The notes below the pieces were generated by a model. The model worked only from the letters and a program-made list of their open reading frames with translations. It ran no database searches and had not been told where the DNA came from. Source: Bacteroidota bacterium (lineage in GTDB: Bacteria > Bacteroidota > Bacteroidia > J057 > JAJTIE01). Taken from it: 64,000 nucleotides of DNA. Shown here piece after piece: positions 10,360 through 19,901 of the stretch (the stretch's first letter is position 1; each line of letters starts with the position of its first letter). Location: positions 3,233 to 67,232 of the forward strand of contig JAHBTG010000004.1 of assembly GCA_019638695.1 (NCBI GenBank), in the 5' to 3' direction. The position numbers and the translations under genes are program-made.

Positions 10360-10367
10360 TAATTTTG
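10360..10367 (+). promoter_or_regulatory. candidate -7 box (TAATTTTG) for the 2680-aa gene
   Basis: Matches TAnnTTTG, 72 nt upstream of the ATG at 10439, inside the 439-nt AT-rich divergent intergenic region. I found no clear -33 TTTG. Confidence 0.3.
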
Positions 10368-10438
10368 GAGTGATACGCTCCATAGCGAAATAGGACAGCG
10401 GCGGAGGACTCTCCCCATAAAGCCGCCTTAATTAAATT

Positions 10439-13400
10439 ATGACAATACAAGATATGTTTGTGCCTATAAAAATCGCCAGCTTGCTACTGATATGTGCCCT
10501 TCCCTTAAGTCTGTGGGCACAACCGGCCAACGATAACTGCGCAGCAGCCATACCCCTGGTCTTGCAGCAAAACACATGCCAACCCCAGGTCTTTACCAAC
10601 GCAGGAGCTACTACCGCGGGAGACCCTGCCAAGCCTGCCTGCTGGGCAAACAACCTCACGGCCACCATATGGTTCAGTTTTGAGGCCACCGGCACCGCTG
10701 CCCGCATCAGCACCCATTTCGACCAAACCACCGTAAACACGCGTATTGCAGTGTATAGCGGCACTTGCGGCAGCCTGACGCTGGTCAGCTGCAATGACAA
10801 CATCAGCGTAACAGACGGGCACCTGAAGAACAATGTCTTAGCCACCAACCTCACCCCGGGGCAAACCTATTACATCATGGTGGATACGGACGGAGGCACC
10901 GGCAACATCGCTATCTGTGCAGAGGAGATCCCCAACCCTGCCGGAGCAGGCACACTCCTTGGGGCAGGCTACCAGGACTGTACGGACGCTTTCTATGTCA
11001 TCAACACCAGTAACATCTCCATAGCGCCTGGCAGCTTTGGCGCAGGCAGCCAGGAACCCGCCCCCTGCTTTGGTGCGGACGGAGAACAAAATTCCATCTG
11101 GCTCAAGGTATATGCCCAAACGGCAGGCCAGCTCTATTTCACCGCCACCCCCACCGTAGGCACTACCGACCTGGACTTTGCCGTGTATGACGCCACCAAT
11201 GGCTGCCTGGGTCTCAACATTGCAGCCCCCCACGGTTGCAGTGTCAATACCGGTACGGCGCCGGACGGCACCGTAGGCTGGGCCTGCCCGGTGCCTGCCG
11301 TATGCGCCACCCAGAGTTGCAACAATACCCTCTCCTGCCCCACAGGCATCAATATGGCCGCAGGAAGAACCTATGCCATCATGATCGACCGCAAGGCAGC
11401 CAGCACCGGGGTAACGGTCTCATTCCCGGGCATTGGCGGTGGTCCCGGGCAGAGTACGCTGGTGCCCAGCATGCCCAGGCCCAGCTTCCTGGCATCCACG
11501 GAATGCCTGGGCAACCCGGTGCAATTCACCAACTTCTCCAGGGGACGTAACATGGCTTATACCTGGGACTTTGGAGATGGCAGCACCAGTAGTATCGCCA
11601 ATCCTTCCTACAGCTATAAAACCGCAGGCACCTACACCGTCAACCTCATTCTTACCGAGCTGAATACGGGCGCCACCCGCCTGAGCAGCCAACAAATAAC
11701 CATAGGCGCAGGCCCCACTGTCCACACCCTGCCCAAGCAGGCTATGGCAGCGGAAGACACCATCGTGTGTGCCAATGAACCCGTAAGTCTGCGAGGCACA
11801 GCACAAGCCTTTGACGCAACTTCTCCGGCAGACATTTCTTTCTTCAACTTCAATAGCTACGAAGTGTTACCGGAAGGTCCCGGCACTACGGGTGCCAGGT
11901 CAGAAGTCAATGTGTCCCAAGTATTCCCGGCAACGGTTAACAGCAGCTCTATCAAGAGCGTCTGCTTCACCATTGCCACCACCCAGCCCCGGCAGATCCG
12001 GATAGAACTGGAATGCCCCAACGGCGCCAGGGAGATCCTCTTTACCGGGAACAAGCTGGCAGGCCGGCGCTGGTTCGAAGGCACTTGCGTAGAAGCAGGC
12101 GCCGCCGCCTGGGCTAGCGCTCCTGGAGGCACAGGCTCCAACATCACCGGCACTTATGCCATAGAGAACGGCTCCAATGCCTGGAACAATGTCCTGGGCT
12201 GCGAGGCCAACGGCACCTGGAAACTCATTGTGCGGGACACCGTAACAGGCTTCCCGGCCGCCCTGCTGGACTGGTCTATCACCTTCAATACCCAAAATCC
12301 CACCAACGAGATAGTGGATATCATCTGGGAAGCAGAAGACGGTACTGCCGTGAACGCCTCTCCCCCGGCACTCAACGGAGCCACCGCCAGCAGCCAGGCC
12401 AGCGCAGTACCCCAAACCAGTACCCGATACATCATGCGTGCATTTGACCTGCTGGGCTGCTCCAATACAGACACGGTGCGGGTGCGGGTTGCCGGCGCCA
12501 ATATCAGTGTGGCCAAAACGGACGTCACCCTGCCTGGCGGATGTGACGGCACCGCAAGCGGGAGCGCTACAGGAGATTATCCCCCCTTCACCTTCCAGTG
12601 GCTCCGCCCCAATGGCACGTTGCTCAACGGTCCTTCTATTACCGGTCTTTGCTCAGGCACCTACAAAGTATATTCCACAGATGCACGCGGGTGCCGGGAC
12701 TCCGCTCTCTATACCATCTTTGAGCCGGGAGCAGGATCACTGCTGCTCAACAGCAACTTTACCCACCCCCTATGCAACGGTAATGCCAATGGCACCATAC
12801 AGATTTCCCCGGGTGCAGGCCTGGCGCCTCTCACCTATACCTGGTCGGGCCCTATTCCACTGACCAGCGGAATCAATGTCACCAACCAAAGTGGGTTGCC
12901 GGCCGGCCAGTACAAATGTGTGGTAACGGATTTCGGCGGCATCAAAGACTCTGTCCTTATTGACCTCGTCAACCCCCAAAAGCTACAGGTGTTTCTCACC
13001 GGCAGTACCCCTGTCAGCTGCCACGGCGGCAGCAATGGCTCTGCCACGGTAGACGCCAGCGGAGGCGTGCTGGGCCCCAACTCCGGCTACAGATTCTTCT
13101 GGAAACTGGTATCCAACAATGGCCCCATCGGCCAGTTCTCGCGCACAGCTACCAACCTCACGGCCCGCGCCTACTGGTGTGTAGTGCAGGATGACAATAA
13201 TTGCAAGGACTCCGTACAAGTAGTGATTACGCAGCCCGCCCAGCCCCTGGCAGCCACCGCAGGTGCTACCACCCCGGTATCCTGCGCCGGCAGTGCAGAT
13301 GGCAGCGCATCTGTGACGGCCTCCGGCGGCACCCCGGGCTATTTCTACCTGTGGACCCCGGGGAACGAAGCCACAGCCAGTGTGACCAACAAACCGGCAG

Positions 13401-16400
13401 GCACCTATACGGTGCGGGTGCGGGACAGCCGCGGCTGTGAAACCACCATTAATACCACCATTGGCAGCCCGGCTCCGCTAAATGTCAGCATGGGAACAAT
13501 AACGCAGGTCAGTTGCTTTGGGGGAAATAACGGTAGCGCGCAGGCAAATGCCTCCGGCGGCAGCGGCACCTATACCTACACTTTTCTGCGCCTGCCCTTG
13601 CTAACTCCCGTAAGCAGCGGGCCAGCCAGCAGTATCAGCGGTTTATCTCCCGGTGACTACCGCATCCGGGTAACCGATGGCAATAACTGCCGGGATTCCG
13701 CCACCTTCACCATCACAGAGCCCACCGCGCTGGAGATAGCTTTCTCCCAGATCAACCCCACATTGGCCGGAGGCACCAACGGCAGTATTACGCTGGAAGC
13801 TGCCGGCGGCACCCCTCCCTACAACTACAGCTGGAAACTGCAGAACGGCACCCCTATCTCGGGTAGCCAGGCTACCCGCAGCGGGCTGGGTGCCGGCAGT
13901 TACTGGGGCATTGTCACTGACAACCGGGGCTGCCAGGACTCTGCCCTGGTGACCCTGGTAGAACCGGGCATTCTGCAAGTGTCTGTAAGCGCCACCAATG
14001 CGCAATGCCCCGGTCAGAGTAACGGCAGCGCAGAGGCCTTCGCTTCCGGGGGTACTACACCTTACAGCTTTGCCTGGGAAAAACTGACGAATCTGCCGGA
14101 ACCGCTATTCTCCACCAACCCCACCGGAGCTGCCAGCGAGGCAGCCACCGGGCTTAACCTGGGCACCTGGCAGGTCACCGTAACCGACGGGGGCGGAGCT
14201 ACCGCAACCACGTCCTTCTCCATTGGAGAAAACACTGGCCTCACCCCGCAGATGGTGAAGACCGATATCAGTTGTAACGGAGCAAACAACGGTAGCGCAT
14301 CCGCCAACCCCAATGGCGGCACGGCGCCTTTCCAATATACCTGGACAGGACCCGGCGGCTATACCAGCACCCTGCAAACAATTGAGAACCTGCTCCCGGG
14401 TATCTACACCGTAGCAGTTACCGACGTATTCGGATGTTCCGGAGGAGGGAATGTAACCATTGCCGAACCGGCTACGCCCTTGCAGATCACAAGCATTAAC
14501 AAAACGGACCTCAGTTGCTTTGAAAGCTTTGACGGCACGCTCCAGGCGAATGTTACGGGCGGCACACCCAACACAGTAGGCCCTGCCTACAATTACATCT
14601 GGGAACGCGCAGCATCTCCCCTGGTGTATACCACAGCCACCGTCAGCAACCTGCCCGCAGACGCCTATACCCTGACAGTTACGGACGCCAACGGCTGCCA
14701 GGTGCAACAAACCATAGTGCTGAACCAGCCGGCAGATATCAGCATCACCGCCAATATCACCGCAGTTACCTGCCAGGGAGGTAATAACGGCGCATTGGCC
14801 ATAACGGCTACCGGCGGCAATCCCGGGGCTAAAACCTACCTGTGGGAGCCCGGCGGCATGACTACTCCCGGTATCAGCAATCTCAAAGCGGGCATCTACA
14901 AAGTTGTCGTGCGCGACCCTACGGGCTGTGCAGATTCTGCGTTCTTTACCATACCCGAGAACCCGGGCATCACGGTCAACATCCAGCAAACGAACGTCAG
15001 TTGTAACGGCAGTAACAACGGAGAGGTCATCGTGCGGGCCTCCGGGGGCATGCGCCTGGCAGGACCTTCGCCTTATACCTACGGCATTGCTCCGGCATCC
15101 GGCACGCAGTTGCAGGACTCTATCTTCCAGGGACTGACGCCCGGCACCTATACCCTCTCCGTAACCGATGCTCTGGGCTGTGTCAGCACCCTCCAGACCA
15201 TCGTATCCATGCCGGAAGTATTGACCCTGGTTACCACCCAAACCAGCGCCGCCGCAGGGGGCGGCACCAACGGCACAGCCTCTGTGCTGATACAAGGCGG
15301 CACGGCTCCGTATACTATTGACTGGAGCAATGATGGCACGGGAGACTTTGACGATAATCCTACTATCACAGGCCTGGTTCAGGGTAACTATACCGTAGTG
15401 GTGCGCGATGCCAACGGCTGCACCCGTAGTGCAAACATCATGGTAACCGAAACTGCCGGCGGGCCATTACAGGTAACACGCCAGGCGACGGACGCCACCT
15501 GCGACGGCCAGACCAATGGCACTGCCGCGCTGAATGTCACCGGGGGGCAACCACCTTATGCATTCAATTGGGTACCGGCCGTCAGCACCACCAGCTATGC
15601 TACAGGGCTGATCCCCGGTGTGAATTACAGCGTAACCGTAACCGACGCAGGAGGAGCAGTCCCTGCCAATATCAACTTCACCATAGGAGAACCGGCACCG
15701 CTGGAACTGGTAGTGCCCAATCTCTCACTCACCTGCTTTGGCAATCCCGGGGCGCTGGAAGCATTCCCCACCGGAGGCACCCCTCCTTACCGCTACCGCT
15801 GGGTGAGCAGCCAGTTCATCGGAGAATATACCACCAAACGCATTGAAGGGCTAACTGCGGGCAACTATGTAGTGACAGTGACGGACAATAATAACTGCAC
15901 CATCAGCACTACCGCACGCGTCAATACCCCCGAACGGCTGCGCCTGAGCGTCAGCTTTGTTACGAACAATGATTGTTTCGACGATAACACCGGAGGTGTG
16001 ATCATTACCCCCACAGGAGGCACACAGTGCGTGACACCGGCCCAGCCATATGCCTATAACTGGATACCCGGCGGCATGACCACGGGAACGGTTTCCAACC
16101 TGAAGGCAGGCACCTACAAAGTGATTGTATCCGATTGTAACAACTGCCAGGACTCCGCTACCGTGCAGGTGAACCAGCCGGGCAGGCTGGAGATGCGGGT
16201 AAATGTTACCAATGTGGCCTGCGGCGGCGGACAAAGCGGGGCGGCAGGCGTCCACGTGACCGGGGGTACCCCCAGCTACAGCTATTTGTGGAAGAACCTG
16301 ACGAACCCTGCCTTCCAGGTGCTGGGCACAGACACTGCCAGCAACCTGCCCGCAGGTATTTACCGGGTAGTGGTCACCGATGCCAACCAGTGCCAGGACA

Positions 16401-18481
16401 GCATCAACTTCCAGATATTCCAGCCCAAAGCCCTGCAGGTGGCTGCTACCCGCAAGCCGGTAAGCTGTCATAACGGGGGAGACGGCGCCCTCTTTGCACT
16501 CGGTTCCGGCGGCATCCCCGGCCCGGCAGGCTATCACTTCACCTGGAAAAATGCCCAGACCGGGCAAACACTGGGCACCGGCACGGAGATCGACAATCTA
16601 TCGCCCGGCCTTTACAGGGTAGTCATTGCAGACGACCGGGGCTGCCGGGACAGCACCCAGATCACACTGGAGAATCCGCCCCGCATCCGGCTGGACCGCC
16701 AGGTAACCAATAACCTTTGCCGCGGCGGCAGTGCGGGTATTGTACGGGTCATTCCCAGCGGCGGCAACGGCGGATTCACCTACCAGTGGGAGGGCAGCTC
16801 GGTAACCACAGCTACACGTTCAGGCCTTGCAGAAGGTTCGTATAAAGTGCGGGTATTTGACGCCGCAGGCTGTGTAGACAGCGCCACATTTACCCTCACG
16901 GACCCCCCGGCCGTCAGTTTTGACAATATCCAGTTGCAGCCCAGTTCCGGCACCAATAACGGAACGGCCACAGTGCTGGCCGTCTCCAACGTAGCGGATC
17001 CTTCCATGCTCAGCATCTATGACCTGGATAATCCCACAGGCAGTCCGCTACAAACTACCGCGGCCGCAGCTGCTCCTTATCCTGCATTTACAGGACTGGC
17101 AGCCGGCAACTATCGTATTGTGCTCACAGATAACAATGGCTGCAGGGATTCCACAGACATTGAGATCCTGCAAGGTGAACTCAGCATAGAAGACATTATT
17201 GCCGAAAGCTGTAGCGGCCACGATGGCAGCGCTACCGTGCGGGCACGCCCCACCCTGGTCACCACACCCATTACCTACCGCTGGTACCGCATGCCGGCAC
17301 GCCAGCTCATCCGCACCCAGAACAGCAACAGCCTGACGGATATACTGGCCGGGCAAACCGCCGGGCAATACCGGGTGGTGATCCAGGATGCCGTCAACTA
17401 TCGCGATTCGGTAGATTTCAGCATTCCCCAGGGGCCTCGCCTGCAGCTGCGTCCGGATTATGCCGAGTGTCTGGCGCCTTCGGACCCCGTGAACACTACC
17501 CTGGATCTGGAATCCCCCGCGCCTATGCTGGGCACCAATCCGGCTACCGGTTCTTGGGCGGCATTTGACAGGAACTTTGCGCCTATCGGGGGGCTCAGCG
17601 GCACCCAGCTGACCATTACCACCCAGGGTATCTTCTATGCCGTATTCACAGAAACCTCCACAGGGTGCCAGGACACCGTAAGCCTGTTCTTCGGAGAACT
17701 GGATGCCGGACCCGATACCATTGCCTGCCTCACCAGCAACACAGGCACTTTCCAGGTAGCGGCACCCTTTGGAGTAGGCACCTGGACGGCATCAGACCCT
17801 AATGTAACGGTGCTGAATGCGCAGACAGGTCTCTTTGACATCAGCCAGTTGTCTCCGCCCACTATATTCACCGCTACGCTGACCGCAGCAGGCGGGGGGT
17901 GCAGCGATGACCTGGATGTGATCGTAGAAAGAGGACCTACCGTGCGCTTCGGCACCCTGCCGGAACTCCCGTCGGCTATCCTGTTCATTCCTGCGGCAGA
18001 TGTCATCGTGCAGAACCTCAGCGACCTGAACGGCGCCACAGGGGACTGCATATGGGATATGGGCGACGGTACCATTCTCACCGGCTGCCAGGACCGGCTG
18101 GTGCACCGCTATCAGCAGCCCGGCAACTACAACATTTGCCTGACCATAGACGCGGGCAACTGTGCCGAGACCTTCTGTATCGAAAACATCATTGTAGCCA
18201 ATCAGAGCAGCATCAAGGTACCGGGGGTCATCACGCCCAACGGGGACGGCATCAATGACCGGCTGGTAGTGGAGACGCTCAATATCATTTCCTATGAGCT
18301 CACCATCCGCAACCGCTGGGGCCAGCTGGTATTTTCCACCACAGACCCGGCCAACCACTGGGATGGCCGCATCAAAAACGGGAACGATGCCCCATCCGGG
18401 GTATATTTCTGGGTGATCAAGGCCAAGGACAATCACAACCAGGTGATTCACGAGGCCGGCAACGTCACTATCCTACGATAG
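10439..18481 (+). CDS. giant adhesin-like protein (2680 aa): PKD, proprotein-convertase P-domain-like, about 20 SprB-type repeats, T9SS type B (gliding-motility-associated) C-terminal domain
   Basis: Signal peptide ...LICALPLSLWA. PKD motif at about 11,520-11,660 (YTWDFGDGSTS...GTYTVNL). P-domain-like region at about 11,890-12,290 (IRIELECPNGAREIL ... GTWKLIVRDTVTGFPAALLDWSITF). A repeated CxGxxNGxxxxxxxGGxxPYxYxW module. A second PKD-like region near 17,990-18,160. C-terminus VITPNGDGINDRLVVE...IRNRWGQLVF...WDGR...PSGVYFWVIKA... matches the type B CTD. Confidence 0.92.
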   Translation: MTIQDMFVPIKIASLLLICALPLSLWAQPANDNCAAAIPLVLQQNTCQPQVFTNAGATTAGDPAKPACWANNLTATIWFSFEATGTAARISTHFDQTTVNTRIAVYSGTCGSLTLVSCNDNISVTDGHLKNNVLATNLTPGQTYYIMVDTDGGTGNIAICAEEIPNPAGAGTLLGAGYQDCTDAFYVINTSNISIAPGSFGAGSQEPAPCFGADGEQNSIWLKVYAQTAGQLYFTATPTVGTTDLDFAVYDATNGCLGLNIAAPHGCSVNTGTAPDGTVGWACPVPAVCATQSCNNTLSCPTGINMAAGRTYAIMIDRKAASTGVTVSFPGIGGGPGQSTLVPSMPRPSFLASTECLGNPVQFTNFSRGRNMAYTWDFGDGSTSSIANPSYSYKTAGTYTVNLILTELNTGATRLSSQQITIGAGPTVHTLPKQAMAAEDTIVCANEPVSLRGTAQAFDATSPADISFFNFNSYEVLPEGPGTTGARSEVNVSQVFPATVNSSSIKSVCFTIATTQPRQIRIELECPNGAREILFTGNKLAGRRWFEGTCVEAGAAAWASAPGGTGSNITGTYAIENGSNAWNNVLGCEANGTWKLIVRDTVTGFPAALLDWSITFNTQNPTNEIVDIIWEAEDGTAVNASPPALNGATASSQASAVPQTSTRYIMRAFDLLGCSNTDTVRVRVAGANISVAKTDVTLPGGCDGTASGSATGDYPPFTFQWLRPNGTLLNGPSITGLCSGTYKVYSTDARGCRDSALYTIFEPGAGSLLLNSNFTHPLCNGNANGTIQISPGAGLAPLTYTWSGPIPLTSGINVTNQSGLPAGQYKCVVTDFGGIKDSVLIDLVNPQKLQVFLTGSTPVSCHGGSNGSATVDASGGVLGPNSGYRFFWKLVSNNGPIGQFSRTATNLTARAYWCVVQDDNNCKDSVQVVITQPAQPLAATAGATTPVSCAGSADGSASVTASGGTPGYFYLWTPGNEATASVTNKPAGTYTVRVRDSRGCETTINTTIGSPAPLNVSMGTITQVSCFGGNNGSAQANASGGSGTYTYTFLRLPLLTPVSSGPASSISGLSPGDYRIRVTDGNNCRDSATFTITEPTALEIAFSQINPTLAGGTNGSITLEAAGGTPPYNYSWKLQNGTPISGSQATRSGLGAGSYWGIVTDNRGCQDSALVTLVEPGILQVSVSATNAQCPGQSNGSAEAFASGGTTPYSFAWEKLTNLPEPLFSTNPTGAASEAATGLNLGTWQVTVTDGGGATATTSFSIGENTGLTPQMVKTDISCNGANNGSASANPNGGTAPFQYTWTGPGGYTSTLQTIENLLPGIYTVAVTDVFGCSGGGNVTIAEPATPLQITSINKTDLSCFESFDGTLQANVTGGTPNTVGPAYNYIWERAASPLVYTTATVSNLPADAYTLTVTDANGCQVQQTIVLNQPADISITANITAVTCQGGNNGALAITATGGNPGAKTYLWEPGGMTTPGISNLKAGIYKVVVRDPTGCADSAFFTIPENPGITVNIQQTNVSCNGSNNGEVIVRASGGMRLAGPSPYTYGIAPASGTQLQDSIFQGLTPGTYTLSVTDALGCVSTLQTIVSMPEVLTLVTTQTSAAAGGGTNGTASVLIQGGTAPYTIDWSNDGTGDFDDNPTITGLVQGNYTVVVRDANGCTRSANIMVTETAGGPLQVTRQATDATCDGQTNGTAALNVTGGQPPYAFNWVPAVSTTSYATGLIPGVNYSVTVTDAGGAVPANINFTIGEPAPLELVVPNLSLTCFGNPGALEAFPTGGTPPYRYRWVSSQFIGEYTTKRIEGLTAGNYVVTVTDNNNCTISTTARVNTPERLRLSVSFVTNNDCFDDNTGGVIITPTGGTQCVTPAQPYAYNWIPGGMTTGTVSNLKAGTYKVIVSDCNNCQDSATVQVNQPGRLEMRVNVTNVACGGGQSGAAGVHVTGGTPSYSYLWKNLTNPAFQVLGTDTASNLPAGIYRVVVTDANQCQDSINFQIFQPKALQVAATRKPVSCHNGGDGALFALGSGGIPGPAGYHFTWKNAQTGQTLGTGTEIDNLSPGLYRVVIADDRGCRDSTQITLENPPRIRLDRQVTNNLCRGGSAGIVRVIPSGGNGGFTYQWEGSSVTTATRSGLAEGSYKVRVFDAAGCVDSATFTLTDPPAVSFDNIQLQPSSGTNNGTATVLAVSNVADPSMLSIYDLDNPTGSPLQTTAAAAAPYPAFTGLAAGNYRIVLTDNNGCRDSTDIEILQGELSIEDIIAESCSGHDGSATVRARPTLVTTPITYRWYRMPARQLIRTQNSNSLTDILAGQTAGQYRVVIQDAVNYRDSVDFSIPQGPRLQLRPDYAECLAPSDPVNTTLDLESPAPMLGTNPATGSWAAFDRNFAPIGGLSGTQLTITTQGIFYAVFTETSTGCQDTVSLFFGELDAGPDTIACLTSNTGTFQVAAPFGVGTWTASDPNVTVLNAQTGLFDISQLSPPTIFTATLTAAGGGCSDDLDVIVERGPTVRFGTLPELPSAILFIPAADVIVQNLSDLNGATGDCIWDMGDGTILTGCQDRLVHRYQQPGNYNICLTIDAGNCAETFCIENIIVANQSSIKVPGVITPNGDGINDRLVVETLNIISYELTIRNRWGQLVFSTTDPANHWDGRIKNGNDAPSGVYFWVIKAKDNHNQVIHEAGNVTILR
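12500..17430 (+). repeat. array of about 20 SprB-type coding repeats (about 75-85 aa each)
   Basis: I counted 20 occurrences of the Cys-Gly-x-x-(N/D)G...GG(T/S)xPYxYxW core in the translation (e.g. VSCHGGSNGSATVDASGG, VSCAGSADGSASVTASGGTPGYFYLW, ISCNGANNGSASANPNGGTAPFQYTW). The copies are divergent at the nucleotide level. Confidence 0.75.
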
Positions 18482-18499
18482 CCCGGGAGCACAGGGTTG

Positions 18500-18537
18500 C
18501 AAAGCTGACACGAGTATATATACTCGTGTCAGCTTTG
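18500..18537 (+). terminator. intrinsic-terminator-like perfect 38-nt palindrome after the 2680-aa gene
   Basis: CAAAGCTGACACGAGTATA|TATACTCGTGTCAGCTTTG starts 19 nt after the stop and is followed by T-rich TATATTTG. Confidence 0.7.
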
Positions 18538-18545
18538 TATATTTG
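18538..18545 (+). promoter_or_regulatory. candidate -7 box (TATATTTG) for tRNA-Thr
   Basis: Exact TAnnTTTG match ending 9 nt before the first tRNA nucleotide (18555) and directly abutting the palindrome. Confidence 0.4.
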
Positions 18546-18554
18546 CCTCTACCA

Positions 18555-18627
18555 GCCACCTTAGCTCAGTTGGTAGAGCGGTACTTTCGTAAAGTATAGG
18601 TCGCCAGTTCGAGTCTGGCAGGTGGCT
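18555..18627 (+). tRNA. tRNA-Thr (anticodon CGT)
   Basis: Hand-folded cloverleaf. Acceptor GCCACCT/AGGTGGC; D arm GCTC-AGTTGGTA-GAGC; anticodon stem GTACT/AGTAT with loop TTCGTAA (anticodon CGT); variable AGGTC; T arm GCCAG-TTCGAGT-CTGGC; discriminator T. No encoded CCA. Confidence 0.93.
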
Positions 18628-18699
18628 CTTCTTCCTATCCAAGCCTTATGCAGGAACCCTTTCCGGGCAGGACTGCATTCATATCCCAAACTCCTCCGC

Positions 18700-19899
18700 A
18701 TGAAGACTCCTTACATCGTAGATGCCGTGCGCACTCCTATCGGTGCCTATGGGGGTGCGCTTTCCGGCGTGCGTCCCGACGATATGCTGGCCAGCGTACT
18801 GAAAGCGCTGCTGGCACGCAATCCTACACTTGACCCGGATAGCATTGAAGAAGTCATTGCCGGCGCAGCCAACCAGAGTGGAGAAGATAACCGGGACGTG
18901 GCCCGCATGGCGTTACTACTGGCGCAATACCCTATTTCGGTAGGTGGCGTCACGGTAAACAGGCTATGTGCCAGCGGGTTGCAGGCAGTGGTGGATGCTG
19001 CGCGCAGCATACGCTGCGGAGATGGCGGTGTCTATGTGGCAGGCGGTGTGGAAAGCATGAGCCGTGCTCCCTTTGTGATGGCCAAACCCGCTACGGCCTT
19101 TAGCCGCCAACCCGAGATGTATGACACGACCATTGGCTGGCGCTTTACCAACCCGGCACTGTCCAGGCTGCACCACCCCTATACTATGGGTGAGACGGCG
19201 GAGAATGTGGCCCGCAAGTACGACATCAGCCGGGAAGCGCAGGACAGGTTTGCACTGGACAGCCAGGAAAAGTACTGGGTAGCACAGGAAGCAGGGCGTT
19301 TTGCAGACGAGCTGCTACCGGTAAGCATCCCTCAGCGCAAAGGGGATCCCGTCATCGTAACACAGGACGAGCACCCGCGCCGCACGTCGTTAGAGAAGCT
19401 GGCGGCACTGGCCCCTGCATTCGTCAAGGATGGCAGCGTAACCGCAGGCAACAGTTCCGGCATCAACGATGGCGCGGCGGCGCTCCTGCTCTGCGATGAA
19501 GCGGCATTGCAAACCCACCGCCTACGCCCTATGGCACGGATAATCGCTACAGCTGCGGCCGGAGTAGACCCTGCCTATATGGGCATAGGCCCTGTGCCGG
19601 CTACCCGCAAGGCCCTGCAGCGTGCCGGGTTGCCACTCCGGGATATAGGGCTGGTGGAATTGAACGAGGCCTTTGCCGCACAAAGCCTGGCCTGCATCCG
19701 GAAGCTGGAACTGGACCCGGCCATCGTCAACGTCAACGGAGGCGCCATTGCGCTGGGTCACCCGCTGGGGTGCAGCGGCGCACGCATCCTGACCACCCTA
19801 GTCTACGAGATGCGGCGGCGCCAGGTGCGTTACGGACTGGCCTCGCTCTGTGTGGGGGTGGGACAGGGACTGGCTGTTATTGTAGAACTAACGGATTAA
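18700..19899 (+). CDS. acetyl-CoA C-acyltransferase (thiolase, PaaJ/PcaF-like)
   Basis: MKTPYIVDAVRTPIGAYGGALSGVRPDD; active-site Cys motif NRLCASGLQAV; C-terminal NVNGGAIALGHPLGCSGARI and CVGVGQGLA. The start is placed at the ATG at 18700, because the track start at 18622 overlaps the tRNA. Confidence 0.9.
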   Translation: MKTPYIVDAVRTPIGAYGGALSGVRPDDMLASVLKALLARNPTLDPDSIEEVIAGAANQSGEDNRDVARMALLLAQYPISVGGVTVNRLCASGLQAVVDAARSIRCGDGGVYVAGGVESMSRAPFVMAKPATAFSRQPEMYDTTIGWRFTNPALSRLHHPYTMGETAENVARKYDISREAQDRFALDSQEKYWVAQEAGRFADELLPVSIPQRKGDPVIVTQDEHPRRTSLEKLAALAPAFVKDGSVTAGNSSGINDGAAALLLCDEAALQTHRLRPMARIIATAAAGVDPAYMGIGPVPATRKALQRAGLPLRDIGLVELNEAFAAQSLACIRKLELDPAIVNVNGGAIALGHPLGCSGARILTTLVYEMRRRQVRYGLASLCVGVGQGLAVIVELTD

Positions 19900-19901
19900 T
19901 C

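Noticed and set aside
10000-10438. Invertible-promoter (phase-variation) switch between the two divergent giant genes.
   Set aside because: I found no substantial inverted repeats flanking the region and no site-specific recombinase gene nearby. There are only short local hairpins.
14105-15295. 396-aa ORF antisense to the 2680-aa adhesin gene, plus many similar track ORFs inside it (e.g. 10432..10854, 15851..16567, 17792..18451).
   Set aside because: They lie opposite or out of frame to a gene with strong repeat, domain and sorting-signal evidence. Their translations are G/A/R/C-rich with no recognisable motifs. Long spurious ORFs are expected in GC-rich, stop-poor repeat DNA.
18622-18699. 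N-terminal extensions offered by the ORF track for several genes: thiolase 18622, DUF1697 19770, mraZ 31464, SUKH 33822, the 2520-aa gene 44052, hydrolase 4405, the barrel protein 58435 and the 756-aa gene 50974.
   Set aside because: The extensions overlap a tRNA, a terminator or the upstream gene. In each case an internal ATG yields the canonical family N-terminus or a proper signal peptide.
18481-18700. tRNA-Thr as a possible genomic-island integration site next to the giant adhesin.
   Set aside because: There is no integrase, no direct repeat of the tRNA 3' end that I could find in the window, and the flanking thiolase and DUF1697 genes look like ordinary core genes.
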